Assembly (NCBI GenBank): GCA_011109175.1
Contig: RDEW01000032.1
Location: 328,656 to 392,655 of the forward strand
DNA: 64,000 nucleotides
Source of the DNA: Dicyema japonicum
Taxonomy: Eukaryota; Animalia; Dicyemida
Direction: 5' to 3'
Both the position numbers and the translations under genes were made by a program. The notes under the pieces were generated by a model. That model saw only the letters and a program-made list of their open reading frames with translations, was not told the DNA's origin and made no database searches. Of this stretch, positions 27,881 through 42,294 are shown piece by piece; position 1 is the first letter of the stretch, and each line of letters starts with the position of its first letter.

Positions 27881-28199
27881 TTTATTTGCCTCCCTCAAAA
27901 TAAACAAAATCTATTGATTTTTTTACAGAAAGTGGATTTTTTATTACAAAAAAATATTGTAAAAAAAGAACTGCAATGATTCTTAAGGCATCAAGATGGT
28001 TTGGTTCGAAGAGAACCGGCAGGACCAATATTAAGATACTATCTGATATCATTCCTGGTTACATACTTAAGGAAGTACATGATTAGATAACTCCAAAGTC
28101 ACCTAAAACAAGTGGAAGTCGAAAAATTTAGAAACTACAAGGGTCCGGTCTCAAGTGAAAAGAGGTAGAAATTTTGATTTCTTATATTTATGTTAAAAT

Positions 28200-29780
28200 G
28201 AGATTCAATTTGATAAGTCGAAAAATGTTAACCTCCTTGCTTCAATAAATATGTCGATAGACTCTTTTTGAACAATCAATGAGGACTTACATCCAATCAG
28301 GTGTTCATCAAAAGAACTCTCGAGGTTATTTCAGTCGAACACAAGCACGTGATGAAGGTTTAATGAAGAGTTCGCCTCTGCTACCACTCAACTTGTGGAA
28401 CTGTCATGAACTCTAAGAGATTTTTCGACTGATTCTGATGTGGAGATGGGGAATAAGAGGGAGTTGTTGGCACACTCTTCTAAGAAATGAGAGGGACTAC
28501 CAGGATTAAACTCCACTTAATTAGATAATTTACTCGTTTCACTTTATAGCCACTTTCTTCCCTCTCTCTTATATGGATGCGAGTCGTTGATTCTTTAATC
28601 CAGGGAGAGCTTCCTCTTGATACGGAAAGGCAAGGAGATTGAATATAAGGTTTGCCCTCCGAATACTGTCCTACGTGAAGTTACATGAAAACCAGTAGGA
28701 AGTACGGGACCCAGTGCGGGAGACATATTCATCATAAATATACCATCATTTCCGATTAAATTCAAGAGGTTTATGTCCCCGGAGAGATTCGTTTTTGGAA
28801 TGATGAATAAATCCAAGGACTGTCGTTAAAAGTTGTGATCTAGAAAAAGGCGGTCAGGAGTAGATTCAGGAGTTAATATATAAAAATGAGAATATTGTAC
28901 CTCACAGGCTTTAAGTCCAAAATTAACTGAATAATCTTACAAATATAATAGCAATGTCTAAAAGCTACATCAGTCAGTATGTTTGGCAGTGTGTTCCATT
29001 CCCACACCTTTATGCTTTTTCCGTCTTTGATTTATAAGAAGCGTCATATGATTCGCCTGTCTAAAAAGACGCCCAGCATCCTGCTAGTTTACAAAAAATC
29101 TCACTCTGCCATACTCCACTGGAAGAGTTCCAACAATGGCGGATATGGATAGACATAATTTTAGAAAAGACGTGTTTTACTCTGCCCTCGAAAACTATCA
29201 TTACTCAGTCAGTTGTGGACTTGCTAGTGTATCGTTACGTCACAAACCTTTGAAGATATGCTAGCATAGCAAAGAGAAAAAATGTTAACAATAAGTAAGC
29301 TTATTGGACAAACACTCCATAGAAATACAAATTGTTGCACAGAATAAGTCTTAATTTAATTTATTAGCCACTGATACAGGGAGAAGGAAGTTAATAGTTA
29401 ACAACTATCAAATGCATCAAATCCACACAATCGCAGAAATGGAGAGACATACATTATCACACACATCCATCCAGAACCAATAAAAATAGAAAAAGCAAGC
29501 GATCTTTCCAGGTTTAGGCACTTATTCAATGAAATCGGAGAGCGTAAACGACCATTTTTCTCCTATCCTGGCACTTAAGAGAAGTAAATCACATGATGTT
29601 TTCTAGTATAATCAGGGTAGATAAGAAACAGAAAAGGTAAAAGAAATCTTCTAATAGACTCTGGGGATCGACCGAGCACTATAATAAGGTGAAAAACTAA
29701 TCACTAAGCCATATGGTTGAGGATATGGAATTAACATAAAAACTGTCAAAAAGGTTACAAAAATAAATTATACTTGAAAG
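28200..29780 (-). CDS. Candidate multi-exon membrane-protein gene (weak resemblance to the ERMP1 C-terminal half)
   Basis: Hydrophobic segments separated by 19-24-nt GT-AG introns (gtgatttacttctcttaag, gtttgtgacgtaacgatacactag); many frame breaks. Confidence 0.3.
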
Positions 29781-29792
29781 AAAGACATAATG

Positions 29793-30700
29793 TTATTTTC
29801 GTGTTCCAAATGCAGCCTTCTGCCTTTCCAGAACAATGGCATCAGGCGAAGGATCCGAAAAATCGTAGATCTTAACAGAACCGGAAGAAGTGAAAACGGA
29901 TTCAATCTTCTTCAGTAATAACTGATTAAATGGAATGTTTTTCGACATGCACGTTGAATAGAAAATTTGGTTTCCCTTGCTTGATGTCTTCAGGAAGTCC
30001 ATAAATGAACTGCATGGGGTTAACTTCAATTGAGCCATCCTTCTGTTTATAGAGTTTCTTGGTTGAAATCCTGTTGATCGCCGTAAAGGCATGATGGATT
30101 TTATTAAATACGACACCACAGCGAAATGAATAATATTTTATTTTAGAAATTTAAAATTTAAATAATTTTATTTCTGATAATCAATTTATAACATTTTAAT
30201 AAATTTTTGTTAAATCAGGTAAGTAAGTAAAAATAGTTTTCATCGTTTCTGTAAAATACTAATTTTTACTAGATGACAAGTTCTTAGTTTTCTACTTTAA
30301 TTGAAGCGCTGATTTAGTGATTTGACTTTAGAGAATAAATTAATCCTTAGTAATCCGAATCACTGAAGGATTGACCTCTTTTTGACCCGATGCAGAGGAA
30401 CAATAAGATTAAGATTGAATTCCAGCATCAAAATTGACTTTGATATCTTGTATCAAAATTTCTAGATCAAGGTAGTCACTAATCAATTGAATGTGTCAAT
30501 TTGTTTTATGTTTATCCTTGATAATTAAAATAAAGAGCTTCAAAAAAAGTTGGTTAGTAACATTTTTGTGTGATCGCTCTGTGGACCACGTTAAAAAATT
30601 TGATCTAACACACTTCCATTGTTCCCTACAAATCGCATTATAAAATCTAACGTATCATTAAGAAAGAAAAGAAGTATGAATTTTCTCGATGTCTTGGCTT
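29793..30700 (-). CDS. HBS1L: HBS1L short-isoform / Ski7-like protein (no GTPase domain seen)
   Basis: Terminal YDFSDPSPDAIVLERQKAAF matches the HBS1LV3 exosome-binding motif FDFxxPSPDDIVxxxQxxAF; upstream PRHR and, with compensating homopolymer indels, EVCLDQIFNVV...EALYFNY resembling HBS1_N. Confidence 0.6.
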
Positions 30701-30752
30701 TTTTCCTCGATTAATTAAAATAATTTTTCAAACTTTGTCTTGCTTAAGCGCA

Positions 30753-31130
30753 ATGGCTAAGAAAGGATTCGAAAGTACAGTTTTTTTTGTTTTTTATCTT
30801 AAAAATTTATTTAACGTTATTGGGAAAATTACGCTATTGCACTCGAAACCCTATACCATGGGGAAGATTCTAGATGATTTGATTTCTTGACCGAAGGTGC
30901 CAAGAGACTTGGACAATTTGTATAATCTCCCTGGCTAATTTACTTTTCTTTTTAACCCCAATAGCTGGTCTCGCCATGGTTGCAGAAAGTGATTCCAAAT
31001 ACTCAAGTTCATTCAGATCCCAATTTTGCGAACCACTCAAGAAATGATCCTATGATGTTAGGGAATCAAGTGAACCATTATCGCATTCGACTTGGAAGCC
31101 TTTTCACTCCATGAGCTTCAAAAATATATT
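30753..31130 (+). CDS. Candidate small gene divergent from the Ski7-like gene
   Basis: ATG (MAKKGFE) followed by a donor-like gtacag and coding-like segments (DFLTEGAKRLGQF|LVSPWLQKVIP); no clean model. Confidence 0.25.
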
Positions 31131-31959
31131 GGAGGACTGACAGCAACTAGAACAACTCCCCAAAATAACCTGACGTTAGAAGACCATAAAAATTATATAA
31201 CTATTCGGCCAGATCACCCACAAGGCAGTATGGGAGACACAAAAGGAAATGAAATTTCTAAAGACCACAATAATACCAAACATACAAACAACGTTACCCG
31301 ACATGCTGTAGCAGTGGCCTCATCTAGTGTAATCTGTCTAAGCGGATGTGTCCTAAGGGCTGATTTGATTTTGCATATGAATCAGTCAGTTGGAAGAACT
31401 ACTTGAATATAAAACTTTCTATTTATCGACTATTAGTATATTTAGACGCGGAGGACTGGGAATAGCTATATTAATTTCAGACTGCAGTGTTCACAGATAG
31501 AACTGGGGCTAGAGAAAATTATTATAACTCCGGGAACACAAGACAGAGGAAAAAGTCTAAATTAATTGATCCCGGTCTCATCTCCCTCTGTCCCGAGTTT
31601 GTCTGGATTCTTTCAAGAGTGTCCAAAAGGGAGAAGGTATGTATTATAATTTACGTGCATACTCATGGTAGGCATGAATCTCCTCTTCAAGAGGGCTTCC
31701 AGAAGACCTCGAAATTTTTAGTAAGTTGTGCTGTCCGTGTGCGAGAGAGAATGGTTCGTTGTGTTTCATCTGGCACTGGGTCCTAACTGAGACGGGTGGA
31801 TCACAAGACACCACTCTAGTACAACAAAGGAAAAGAAGAAAACTTAGAAAAGGAAGGTAAATATTAAATGAAGTAGTCCCCCTAAAGACCATCGTTACAG
31901 GTTCTACTAATAAGCCAGTGATGTGGGTAGGTTACCTGGTCCCATTAATTATTATTATT

Positions 31960-32148
31960 AACCCCAGGCTTACCACTGTAAGCCCAGAACAACTGTGTCG
32001 TGCCAGAAGACTCGTCGCCTCACGGGTGAGTTCGACAAGAATTGATCTTCGCTGAAAACTCCATCTTTCGGATTTGAACCCACGACCTTCAGATCCGATG
32101 TCATCAGACGTTATATTCAGCCAGAAGGCCGGTCTCATTAATATAGAT
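31960..32148 (-). mobile_element. tRNA-headed SINE (family C) with (TAA)n tail
   Basis: A-box tggctgaat, B-box gggttcaaatcc; head ctgaaggtcg..gttcaaatcc shared with the 37149 copy but different body. Confidence 0.6.
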
Positions 32149-32189
32149 GGGGTAAGGCCTTAAAATACCTATTTTCAGAAAATATTCTT

Positions 32190-32350
32190 ATCTAAAATTT
32201 AAATATTCTAACTAAATTAATATTCAATTTAATATGAAAATTAAAATTTAAATATTCTAACTAAATTAAATAATATCAATATGCTTTTGGGATATTAACT
32301 GATTATTTTAAATAAAAAAAATTAATTATTTAATATGAAATTAATTTTAA
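32190..32350. promoter_or_regulatory. A/T island upstream of NDUFS1, with an internal 27-bp direct repeat
   Basis: aaaatttaaatattctaactaaattaa occurs twice; adjoins the NDUFS1 ATG. Confidence 0.45.
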
Positions 32351-32373
32351 AATATACCAGCCTTTGTGGTTGT

Positions 32374-34939
32374 ATGCGAACATTACTTAGATTACTCTCA
32401 TCAAATTTCCACAAAAGTAAACTGTTTTATTAATAAAAGGGAAACTATCATCCACCAACAGATCGAGCTATTCATCAATGACAAAGCAGTGACGGTCCTC
32501 AAGGCAGTACAGTCTTTCAAGTATATATCCCCTTAATGCAGGCATGTGCTTTCGCCGGAGTAGAAATCCCCCATTTTTGCTACCATGAAAGACTCTCCAT
32601 TCCAGGTAACTGCAGAATGTGCCTTGTTGAGTTGGAGAAGTCCCCCAAAGTAAGTCATAAATTAATCCCAGCCTATTGCTTCGTGCGCTATGCCAGCTGC
32701 ACCTGGGATGAGGGTCCTTACGAACTCCCCCATGACTAAGCAAGCCAGAGAGGGAGTCATGGAGTTCATTTTGGCTAATCATCCCTGGATTGTCCAATTT
32801 GTGATCAAGCGGGGGAATGTGACCTCCAGGATCAATCTATGGCCTTTGGGTCTGACAGAAGCAGAATGATTGACGTCAAGCGGTATTTTTGTGGAATTTA
32901 TGCCTCAGTGCTGTGGAGGATAAGGATATTGGCCCCCTTGTACGGACGATTATGACTCGATGCATTCAATGTACTCGTTGTGTACGATTTGCTTCCGAAA
33001 TTGCGGGGGTTGAGGATCTGGGAACTACTGGAAGGGGATCAGACATTCAGATTGGCACCTATGTCAGCAAAATATTCGCTTCCGAGCTTTCTGGGAATAT
33101 TATTGATATTTGCCCTGTTGGTGCTCTCACTTCTAAACCGTATACATTCAAGGCTCGCCCTTGGGAGTTGAGGTACACTTTTCTTAGTATTTGCAAGAAA
33201 ATTGGTCTTTTTTGGCTCCTTAATTTAAATTATTTTATTTATTTAAACTGAATTTATTTTATTAATTTTCTCTTAATTATTTATTTTATCGTTATTTTTT
33301 GAAAATTTAATTTTTTTTAACATCTTATACTATTCAATATTTGCTTAGACGGGTGGAGAGTATTGATGTAATGGACGCAGTCGGAAGTAATATAACTGTA
33401 TGCAGTAGGTCAGATCACGTGCAGAGAATTTTACCGAGGTTAAACGAGGTTAATTCATGTGATCAAACTAATAGGAGATCAACGAGGAATGGCTGGATGA
33501 TAAAGCCAGATTTGCACACGACGGTTTACAGTACCAACGATTGGTGATCCCACTGACACGTGAGTCTGCCCATGATGAATTTGTTCACTCAGATTGGCCT
33601 ACTTCGTTAAGAAGAGTTGCCCAGAAGGTAGTTTGAAGTGATATTTCAGTTAAAATCAGTTGAATCTGACCAAATGGCTGTTCTGGCTGGCCGGTTCGCG
33701 GATTTGGAGACGCTGGCTGTTTTAAAGGACCTCTTCAACAGACTGGACTGTGAGAATCTATTCACTGAAGAATCCTTTCCTTTCTCAACGGACTTTCGGG
33801 AGTCCTACTGCCTCAATGTGGGAATTCAGAGTATTGAAGATGCTGATCTGGTCCTCATTGTTGGATTTAATCCTCGTCTGGAGTCTCCCCTTCTCAACTG
33901 CAGGATAAGAAAAGGGTACTAATGTATTTTTACCAGAGATGGCGAGAAGGTGACACACGTGTCTTTTTACTCGGTCAGAAACTAGACCTCACCTACGATT
34001 ATGAGGTATGTTGTGGTCCTCAGCTTTTTTTAGTATCTGGGAGACAGCGTGTCAGTTCTGGATGAAATTGCCTCAGATAACCACCAGCTTTCGTCTGTTT
34101 ACCATATGCTTACTATTTCTAGGAAATTAGAAATGCCAGAAAACCAGTTATTCTGTTAGGGTCATCGGCACTTCAAAAGGATGTCGAAATGGCCAAGAAG
34201 CTGTATTCCGGATGTCGTACGGTTTCAAATATGGTGTCATCAGCAACTTCTGTCTTCAACATAGTCCACCAGGTAAGTCGGAATTATAACTGTAGAAAGC
34301 GAGCCAAGTCGGAGCACTGGATTTGGGGTTCAAAGGAGGACAAATAGACCTGAAGAAGCTCAAATTCTTGTTCCTTTGTGGAGCTGAGGGAATTCGAAGA
34401 GATCAGTTGGCTGAAGACTGTGTGGTTGTGTATTTAGGTGACACTTTATTTCTGATATAGGTTGTCATGGAGATTCCGGGGCTGAGATCGCGGATGTCGT
34501 CTTGCCAGGTGCTGCCTATACGGAGAAGACCGCCACATTTGTTAACACGGAGGGGCGATACCAGGAGTGTCGGATGGCAGTATCTCCTCCGGGAAACGCG
34601 CGAGATGACTGGCAAGTGATCCGAGCCTTAGCTGAGGTTTCTGGGGTGGAGTTGCCATATGAGACTCTGAGTGGACTTCGGAGGCGGATTTCTGACATTT
34701 TGCCGGGAATCAATAGAATGGACTATCGAGAAGAGACTATTTGCTTTAGTGATGTTGCTAAGGATGTTAACGTGAGCAACGTTGAGGCTGTGGGGAAGCT
34801 CCCTGATTGTGAGATGACCAAACTGAGTGATTACTTTATGACAGATTCAATAAGCCGTAATTCCGTGACAATGTCAAAGTGTGTTTTGTCTCATCGTGAG
34901 AATGAGAAGGATGCATTAAAACAGTCATTGTCGCGCTAA
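32374..34939 (+). CDS. NDUFS1: NADH:ubiquinone oxidoreductase 75 kDa subunit
   Basis: [85 protein letters not shown]; introns of 23, 21, 22, 26 nt and one of 176 nt (33173-33348). Confidence 0.97.
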
Positions 34940-34979
34940 TAATTTATTTGTGCTAACACTTTTTAATATTTAACTGTTT

Positions 34980-35200
34980 ATTAGTTAGTTGGTTAGTTTA
35001 ATGCACTCCCGTGTTGTCCATAAGCAAATGAGTACTTAGAGTTCCGATTGTACCTGGCTCTTCACTATACGTTCTACCAGTGATTTTCCTCCTCACACCT
35101 CTACGCAGTTCATCGTGGAGGTTTCTTGTTTAGTGTTCGAAGCGAGTTTTCTGACTTGAAAGTTGCAGCTGTAAACGTGGTGGAATTGACAGACTGAGGG
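34980..35200 (-). mobile_element. Mini-RTE type B, second copy with (CTAA)n tail
   Basis: Aligns with 23560-23750 (gaacactaaac...gatgaactgcg...actggtagaac.gatagtgaagag); 3' gggagtgcatt then aactaaccaactaactaa. Confidence 0.65.
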
Positions 35201-35799
35201 TACGATAAGAACATGATATATCAGGGAGGTGTTAACCACTCAAGCAACACAACTGTTTTTTCATTTAAACTAATTACATAGTGATGTTACGTAGTAGCAT
35301 AGTTTTTATTGGTTATTGATTTTCAGTTGTCTTTTAACTTTACTAACAAAAAAACAATTAATATGCATTCTTTAGTCCCAGTTCGTTAGATTTAAGGGTA
35401 AATATTGTTTGTCTTCATACATTCTAACTGGGGGAACTGTATAAAACCTATTTCGGGTATATCTGCGTTATTAAATATGTTATCCTACCAGATGGATAGT
35501 AGGCTTCTATTGGGCCGAATTATCATAGTAACATAATTATGATTGTTTAACTAGTGGGATTCATTGGCTTTAGTCGAGAAGCTGTCGAATTGTGACAAAA
35601 TCTATGATTTATATGGTCGGGATATTTCCATTGAAAAAATATTGTCGGACTTTAACTAAAAATGTCAATTAGCCAAGTGGGTTATTGGTCTGAGGTCGTG
35701 GGGGGTGTACCTCTATTGAGAAGAATTCCTAATAAAAAATCAAAATCTTTATTAAAATGCAGAATAATGTAATCCAAAACGTTTTCCGGTTTAAAATGT

Positions 35800-36220
35800 C
35801 GGTCCTTAGACAGTATTTTTCTTATAAAGAAAAACTTCATTCAACAGATAATGATTTGGAAGGACACTTTTTCAAGTAGTTGTATACATTTTTCTATTTT
35901 TGTGATAGAAAACACTTCATTGACAAATAATCTTCCAGATGCATACAGATTCCACATAAATCGTCGCCGAATGCAATTTCTGAATGTGTTCAACAGCGTC
36001 TTCTATGAAATATGTTTTTTTCTGCATTTTTTATCAATTCACATATATTGTCATATTGGCAATATATTGCTGATAATTTTGTACGTAATTCGTTTTGAAA
36101 AACCGCTTGCGAAACATTTTTGACTAAAATCCCTTTTCCGTCGAAATTTTCGATTACTTTTTTATTTCGGTGTAATTTTTGCATTAATAGCCGGCAACTT
36201 TCATCTATCACCCCCATCTT
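35800..36220 (-). mobile_element. hAT (Ac-like) transposase remnant
   Basis: RTKLSAI..YDN and NIFHRRRC resemble hAT KIxAITTDN and HxRCxxH motifs; stops follow. Confidence 0.45.
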
Positions 36221-36519
36221 GTTAGAATAACTTCCAGTGGATACCCGATTTCAGCATTTTTCTGATAGATAATCGGGTGAAACGAGTTACTTGCAGAAGA
36301 AAATGGGCGGACAGTATTATATATGGACCACGTGATCATCCAGAAAGACTAAAAAAACCTTAAAGGAGCCAATGTTATATTCGTCGATTCACTAAACTGG
36401 AGACGGAGAAACCTTGTTAGGTTCACTGCTATTGACAGTATTTTTTTGAGATATCTCATTATCCAAAAGAGTGGTCTTTAAATTTAGATGCAGGATCCAA
36501 CACCCACCACACAAGAGTA

Positions 36520-38560
<2,041 letters not shown>

Positions 38561-38564
38561 AATT

Positions 38565-38640
38565 TAAATCATTTAAATAGTTTCAAAAATATTAAGAAAT
38601 ATTATTTTATAATAAATAAATCACTTATGTATCATTTCAA
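38565..38640. promoter_or_regulatory. A/T island between divergent ECD and MOCS3-like starts
   Basis: About 80 bp of near-pure A/T separating head-to-head genes; function inferred. Confidence 0.45.
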
Positions 38641-39560
38641 ATGAAAATTATGGATTATATTCGTTATGGTAGAAAACTGATTTTGCCCGAATTTGGTCTC
38701 TCAAGTACAGTAAATTCTAACTCAAGGACAAATTACTCTGAAAGACTCCCAATTCTTAATTATCGCTTCCCTCCATCTGGCATCTTCCGGTGTTGGTTTT
38801 TACCTACGAGTGACTTTAAGGCACGAGTGGACTCATGGAATTTGATTCCGTCTTTTTATCCAATCTTCCCAGACAACCTTTGTTTTCTGACTCAGACGTC
38901 GACCTTCCAAATGTAACACGTGCCAGAGATAGACTTGCAAGGTTCATTTGTATTTTTAATGACGTAGAATCAGTTCAGCTACTAATTATATCATTTTTAA
39001 TGAGGGAATCAAATCGGATAAACCTTCTCGATTATAGAACAGTTCCACGTGGCCTTTGACTGAACTGACAACGTGACATCACGATATTTGATTAACGATG
39101 CGTGTGTGATGATTTCACGTGTTTTCATATCTGGGGCTGCTCTGGGTTTCCAGGGGCAATTAACAGTGTATAATTACAATGGTCCCGGTTATCGATGTTT
39201 TTATCCGCAGTCTCCCACTTTTTGGCCGGGAAATGTGCTGAAAACTAAATCTTTCCAACGATTATTGGCATTATGGGAACTCTCCAAGCTAAGGAGGCCA
39301 TTAAAGTTGTAACTTGCTTTGGAGGTTTACCAACGTCTGAGTTCCAGGACCTCTAAGTGATAGATTACTAACTTATAACAGACTCTCTGCGAGTTTTAAG
39401 ACGTTTAAGCTGAGGGAATGTCAATCTAGCTGTCCTGTATGCCGAGACGACCCCTCGATCACAGAATTGAAGTAATGTATACTGGAATCTGTGGTACCTT
39501 AGCTATTATTCTTAAAACTGCGGTGTGGGATTTCACTTCAGGAATACTCGAAATTCAGGG
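38641..39560 (+). pseudogene. MOCS3: Degenerate MOCS3/Uba4 (MoeB-like E1 domain)
   Basis: [58 protein letters not shown]; GxGGLG loop missing in frame, DCTDN reads D-stop-TDN, GPCYRC reads GPGYRC, no rhodanese domain seen. Confidence 0.7.
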
Positions 39561-39655
39561 ATAAAGCAAGACTTGAAAAATAATTGTTCTTTTTATTTTA
39601 AATGAACTCGTGGTTAAATCTCGCAATTGATATCCGGTTACTATGGAAACACATA

Positions 39656-39742
39656 ATAAACAAGCTGCCCATAGACTTCAAGCCACTTATGTGACATATT
39701 ATGTCACATGGGCGGCGCGTAACGCATGGGCAGCCTGTTACA
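39656..39742. mobile_element. Palindromic MITE ending in TGTTACA (Ginger-type terminus)
   Basis: Arms aacaagctgcccat...atgtgacata and tatgtcacatgggc...atgggcagcctgttaca; 41005-41050 is a reverse-complement match to the right arm. Confidence 0.7.
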
Positions 39743-40027
39743 TTTTTTCGACCTTGAAAAGGTCTTTTGATTATCCGACATTATTATTATTAATGTCGGA
39801 TCACTGGGTCAAAAAGAAAGAAATAAAAGTTCTCATCTAACTAAGCGATCCCAGACCGACAAAAGTGAGGATGAGTCCCTCATTGGATTATCCGACATTT
39901 AATTTTGTATATCCGATTTATATCGTGATTTAATCCTGTTAAATTAGTTTTTTATTTATAAATGTTATGATTATAAAGATTTTATTTTTTATAGCGGTAA
40001 ACCTAGATTTCTAGCGTGATTTATAGC

Positions 40028-40937
40028 ATGGAAGATTATTTTGTTGCAATGGCTTCTTACAAGGGTTTTGTGAAAGATTGCGTTGAATATCAAACTTTAA
40101 AAGATGCTTTGCATGATAAATTTCCCGAAAATCTTCCGAGGCACCGAAAATATAGGCTTGTAAAGAAGATAGAGAATTTTTCTAATAACAATAACAGGTA
40201 TTGTAAATTTTCAATAATTTTAGAATGTATCTTAAATCAACTGATCCCAAGTTAGTCATATCCCTGGATAATGAAACCGAAATGGAGCATGTTGCGAATC
40301 GTTGCACGAGTTTTCACACGGAGGAGTCAATAAAATTATATCGGTCCATTAATGTTCTAACGAAAGTCCTTTCGAAAGATATCGAGGAATTAAGGGAATA
40401 AATTCAATAATTAATGGTTATACTTATATCACATTATGACTTATATAATTTAAGTGATGAGTATGCGATTCAAGAACAAATTGACGATTTGGTTAATTGT
40501 TCGACTCCAGAATCTATTGAAAATTCACGTAGGTTGATTTAAAAAATTTATATCTAGATAATTCCAAGTCAGATAATTTGTGTCCGAATGCCAAGAAATT
40601 TAATTTCGAAATTAAATCGATTGAAGAAAATTCGAATTATTACGAAGCTATGAACAGGAAAATGAATGTTCATAATAGTAAATATACTTTTAACATGGGA
40701 GATAAAGTATGAATCAAAAACATTAATAAATAGGTTCGGGCTAAAAATGACTTTGGAACAAATCCCTCATTGCGACTCGATAAGTTTGAGTCTCAGTATT
40801 ATCCAGTTGCAGAAATAATTAATATTTTATCGAATAATCGCGTGGAGGTAGTTTTAAATAGTTTAATTTGATAGATAAAAAATTCGAAAGGAGAAATATC
40901 GACTGTATTAATGAGTAGACCAAAAAAAGTTACTTAA
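40028..40937 (+). CDS. Intron-containing Ginger/gypsy-integrase-derived gene lacking the DDE core
   Basis: KFPENLPRHRKYRLVKKIENF...RMYLK...LVI...FH (integrase zinc-domain-like N-terminus) and FNMGDKVRAKNDF...EIINILSNNRVEIK (SH3-like C-terminus); several 26-38-nt GT-AG introns. Confidence 0.55.
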
Positions 40938-41004
40938 ATTTAATTTTTTGTGGTTAATAAATTATTTATAAAATTAATTGAAGTTAATCTTGGTTCAAGG
41001 TTAA

Positions 41005-41050
41005 TGTAACAGGCTGCCCATAGGTAACTCTTGGCCCATGTGACATATTA
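41005..41050 (+). repeat. Solo TGTAACAGGCTGCCCAT terminal repeat
   Basis: Matches the reverse complement of 39697-39742; no partner found downstream. Confidence 0.7.
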
Positions 41051-42294
41051 TAAACTGAACCGAATGCCACCTAAACTTTTGATTTTGTATTTTTTGCAGA
41101 TGCGCTAGTGGATAAAAACATAATCATCATTTTTTATTTCAACTCGTTGAGTGGGCTTATATTTGTATTTTACAATGATTTCATAATGATCTTTTAAAAA
41201 TATATTTGTTTAGTTGATTTTCCGGTTTGGGAAATCACATTGTTGACTCTTCTACTAGTAAGTGACCATCTTTGATCTCTTTTCCTTTACTATTGAACAT
41301 CTTATTCAGAAGATTTTACTTCGCTAAATATATGGTACCTGAACGATTGAGGAAGTCAACATATTTCAGAAAATTTTGCTTTTCATGTAGACTTATGACT
41401 AGAGAATCGAAGGCTAAGAGACGAAAATTGTGGGAAGAGAACGTGGGAGTTTGGTGGCTTATCTTCGTATGACCACTAATAAGTTATCCTGGTCTCGAAA
41501 AGATAACACAATTTTTGCATGAGAGGCCAGTTGAGTGGGATCGATGGGATATTGGAATCTTTATTTTTTTATTTGACGTTATTTTATGAATAAATTTAGT
41601 AATACCAATGTAAAACCAATATTCACACTTCTTCATGAAATTAAAGGGATAATCATAAAATGACTTATATATTTAAGTGACGAGGGTAAGATCCGTTCGA
41701 TTTCCTAAACTCTTCTCGTGTAAAGGCCTAGAGGACATAGAATATTTTATAGGGGAGCAATAATTTCTCTCAATCTTCTACTGGGCAAGATTCTTCGTAA
41801 CAATTGCCTAGAGGACATTCAACTCATTTGTAAGCAGTCGTGTGATCTCGACCTGCTGTTTGCCAGGCATCCTTTTTAGCATTGACCGGACAGGAGGTTT
41901 TCCGGAGATTAAGAATCCTGTGGATATTTTAGTCGACCTTTTTTTGTAAAGAGACTCCTCGAGACCGAATCGAACAACTTTTGAAAATCGATGAATATCA
42001 ATGATGCCTTGGGGAACTGAAGCCGTCCATGACTGTGATAAAGTCGTCACGCTGTGGTAGATCTACAAATTTGGAAAACGTGTTAAAAATTACAATAAAA
42101 TTAACTTATCTAACATTTTAGAGAGAGAAGACATGTCAGTTAAATCGGATGATATGAGATTGAGTCATTTTTGAGGTGCTGTATGTTTTCTTAAATACTT
42201 TAGAGGTACCAGGTCAATAGATCAATTAATTAATTTAATATTTTATATTTAATTTAAATATTTAAAAATAATTTAAATATCATGTCACACCAGA

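Noticed and set aside
30214-30228. U1 snRNA-like TACTTACCTG on the minus strand
   Set aside because: Lies in an A/T island with no U1 stem-loops or Sm site following; equally just a donor-like CAGGTAAGT on the plus strand.
32374-34939. NDUFS1, RPL23A, TMC and ECD as pseudogenes
   Set aside because: Catalytic and structural motifs are conserved; breaks are single-base homopolymer indels typical of long-read assemblies.
34975-35000. Telomere-like (TTAG)n here and at 14688 and 44335
   Set aside because: Short, degenerate and located at LINE or mini-RTE 3' ends; these are retroelement tails.
39057-39062. TGA recoding (Cys/Sec) or an alternative genetic code
   Set aside because: All conserved Cys and Trp checked in NDUFS1, NitFhit and NRAMP use standard codons, and genes end in TAA, TAG and TGA; this is an isolated case in an already degenerate gene.
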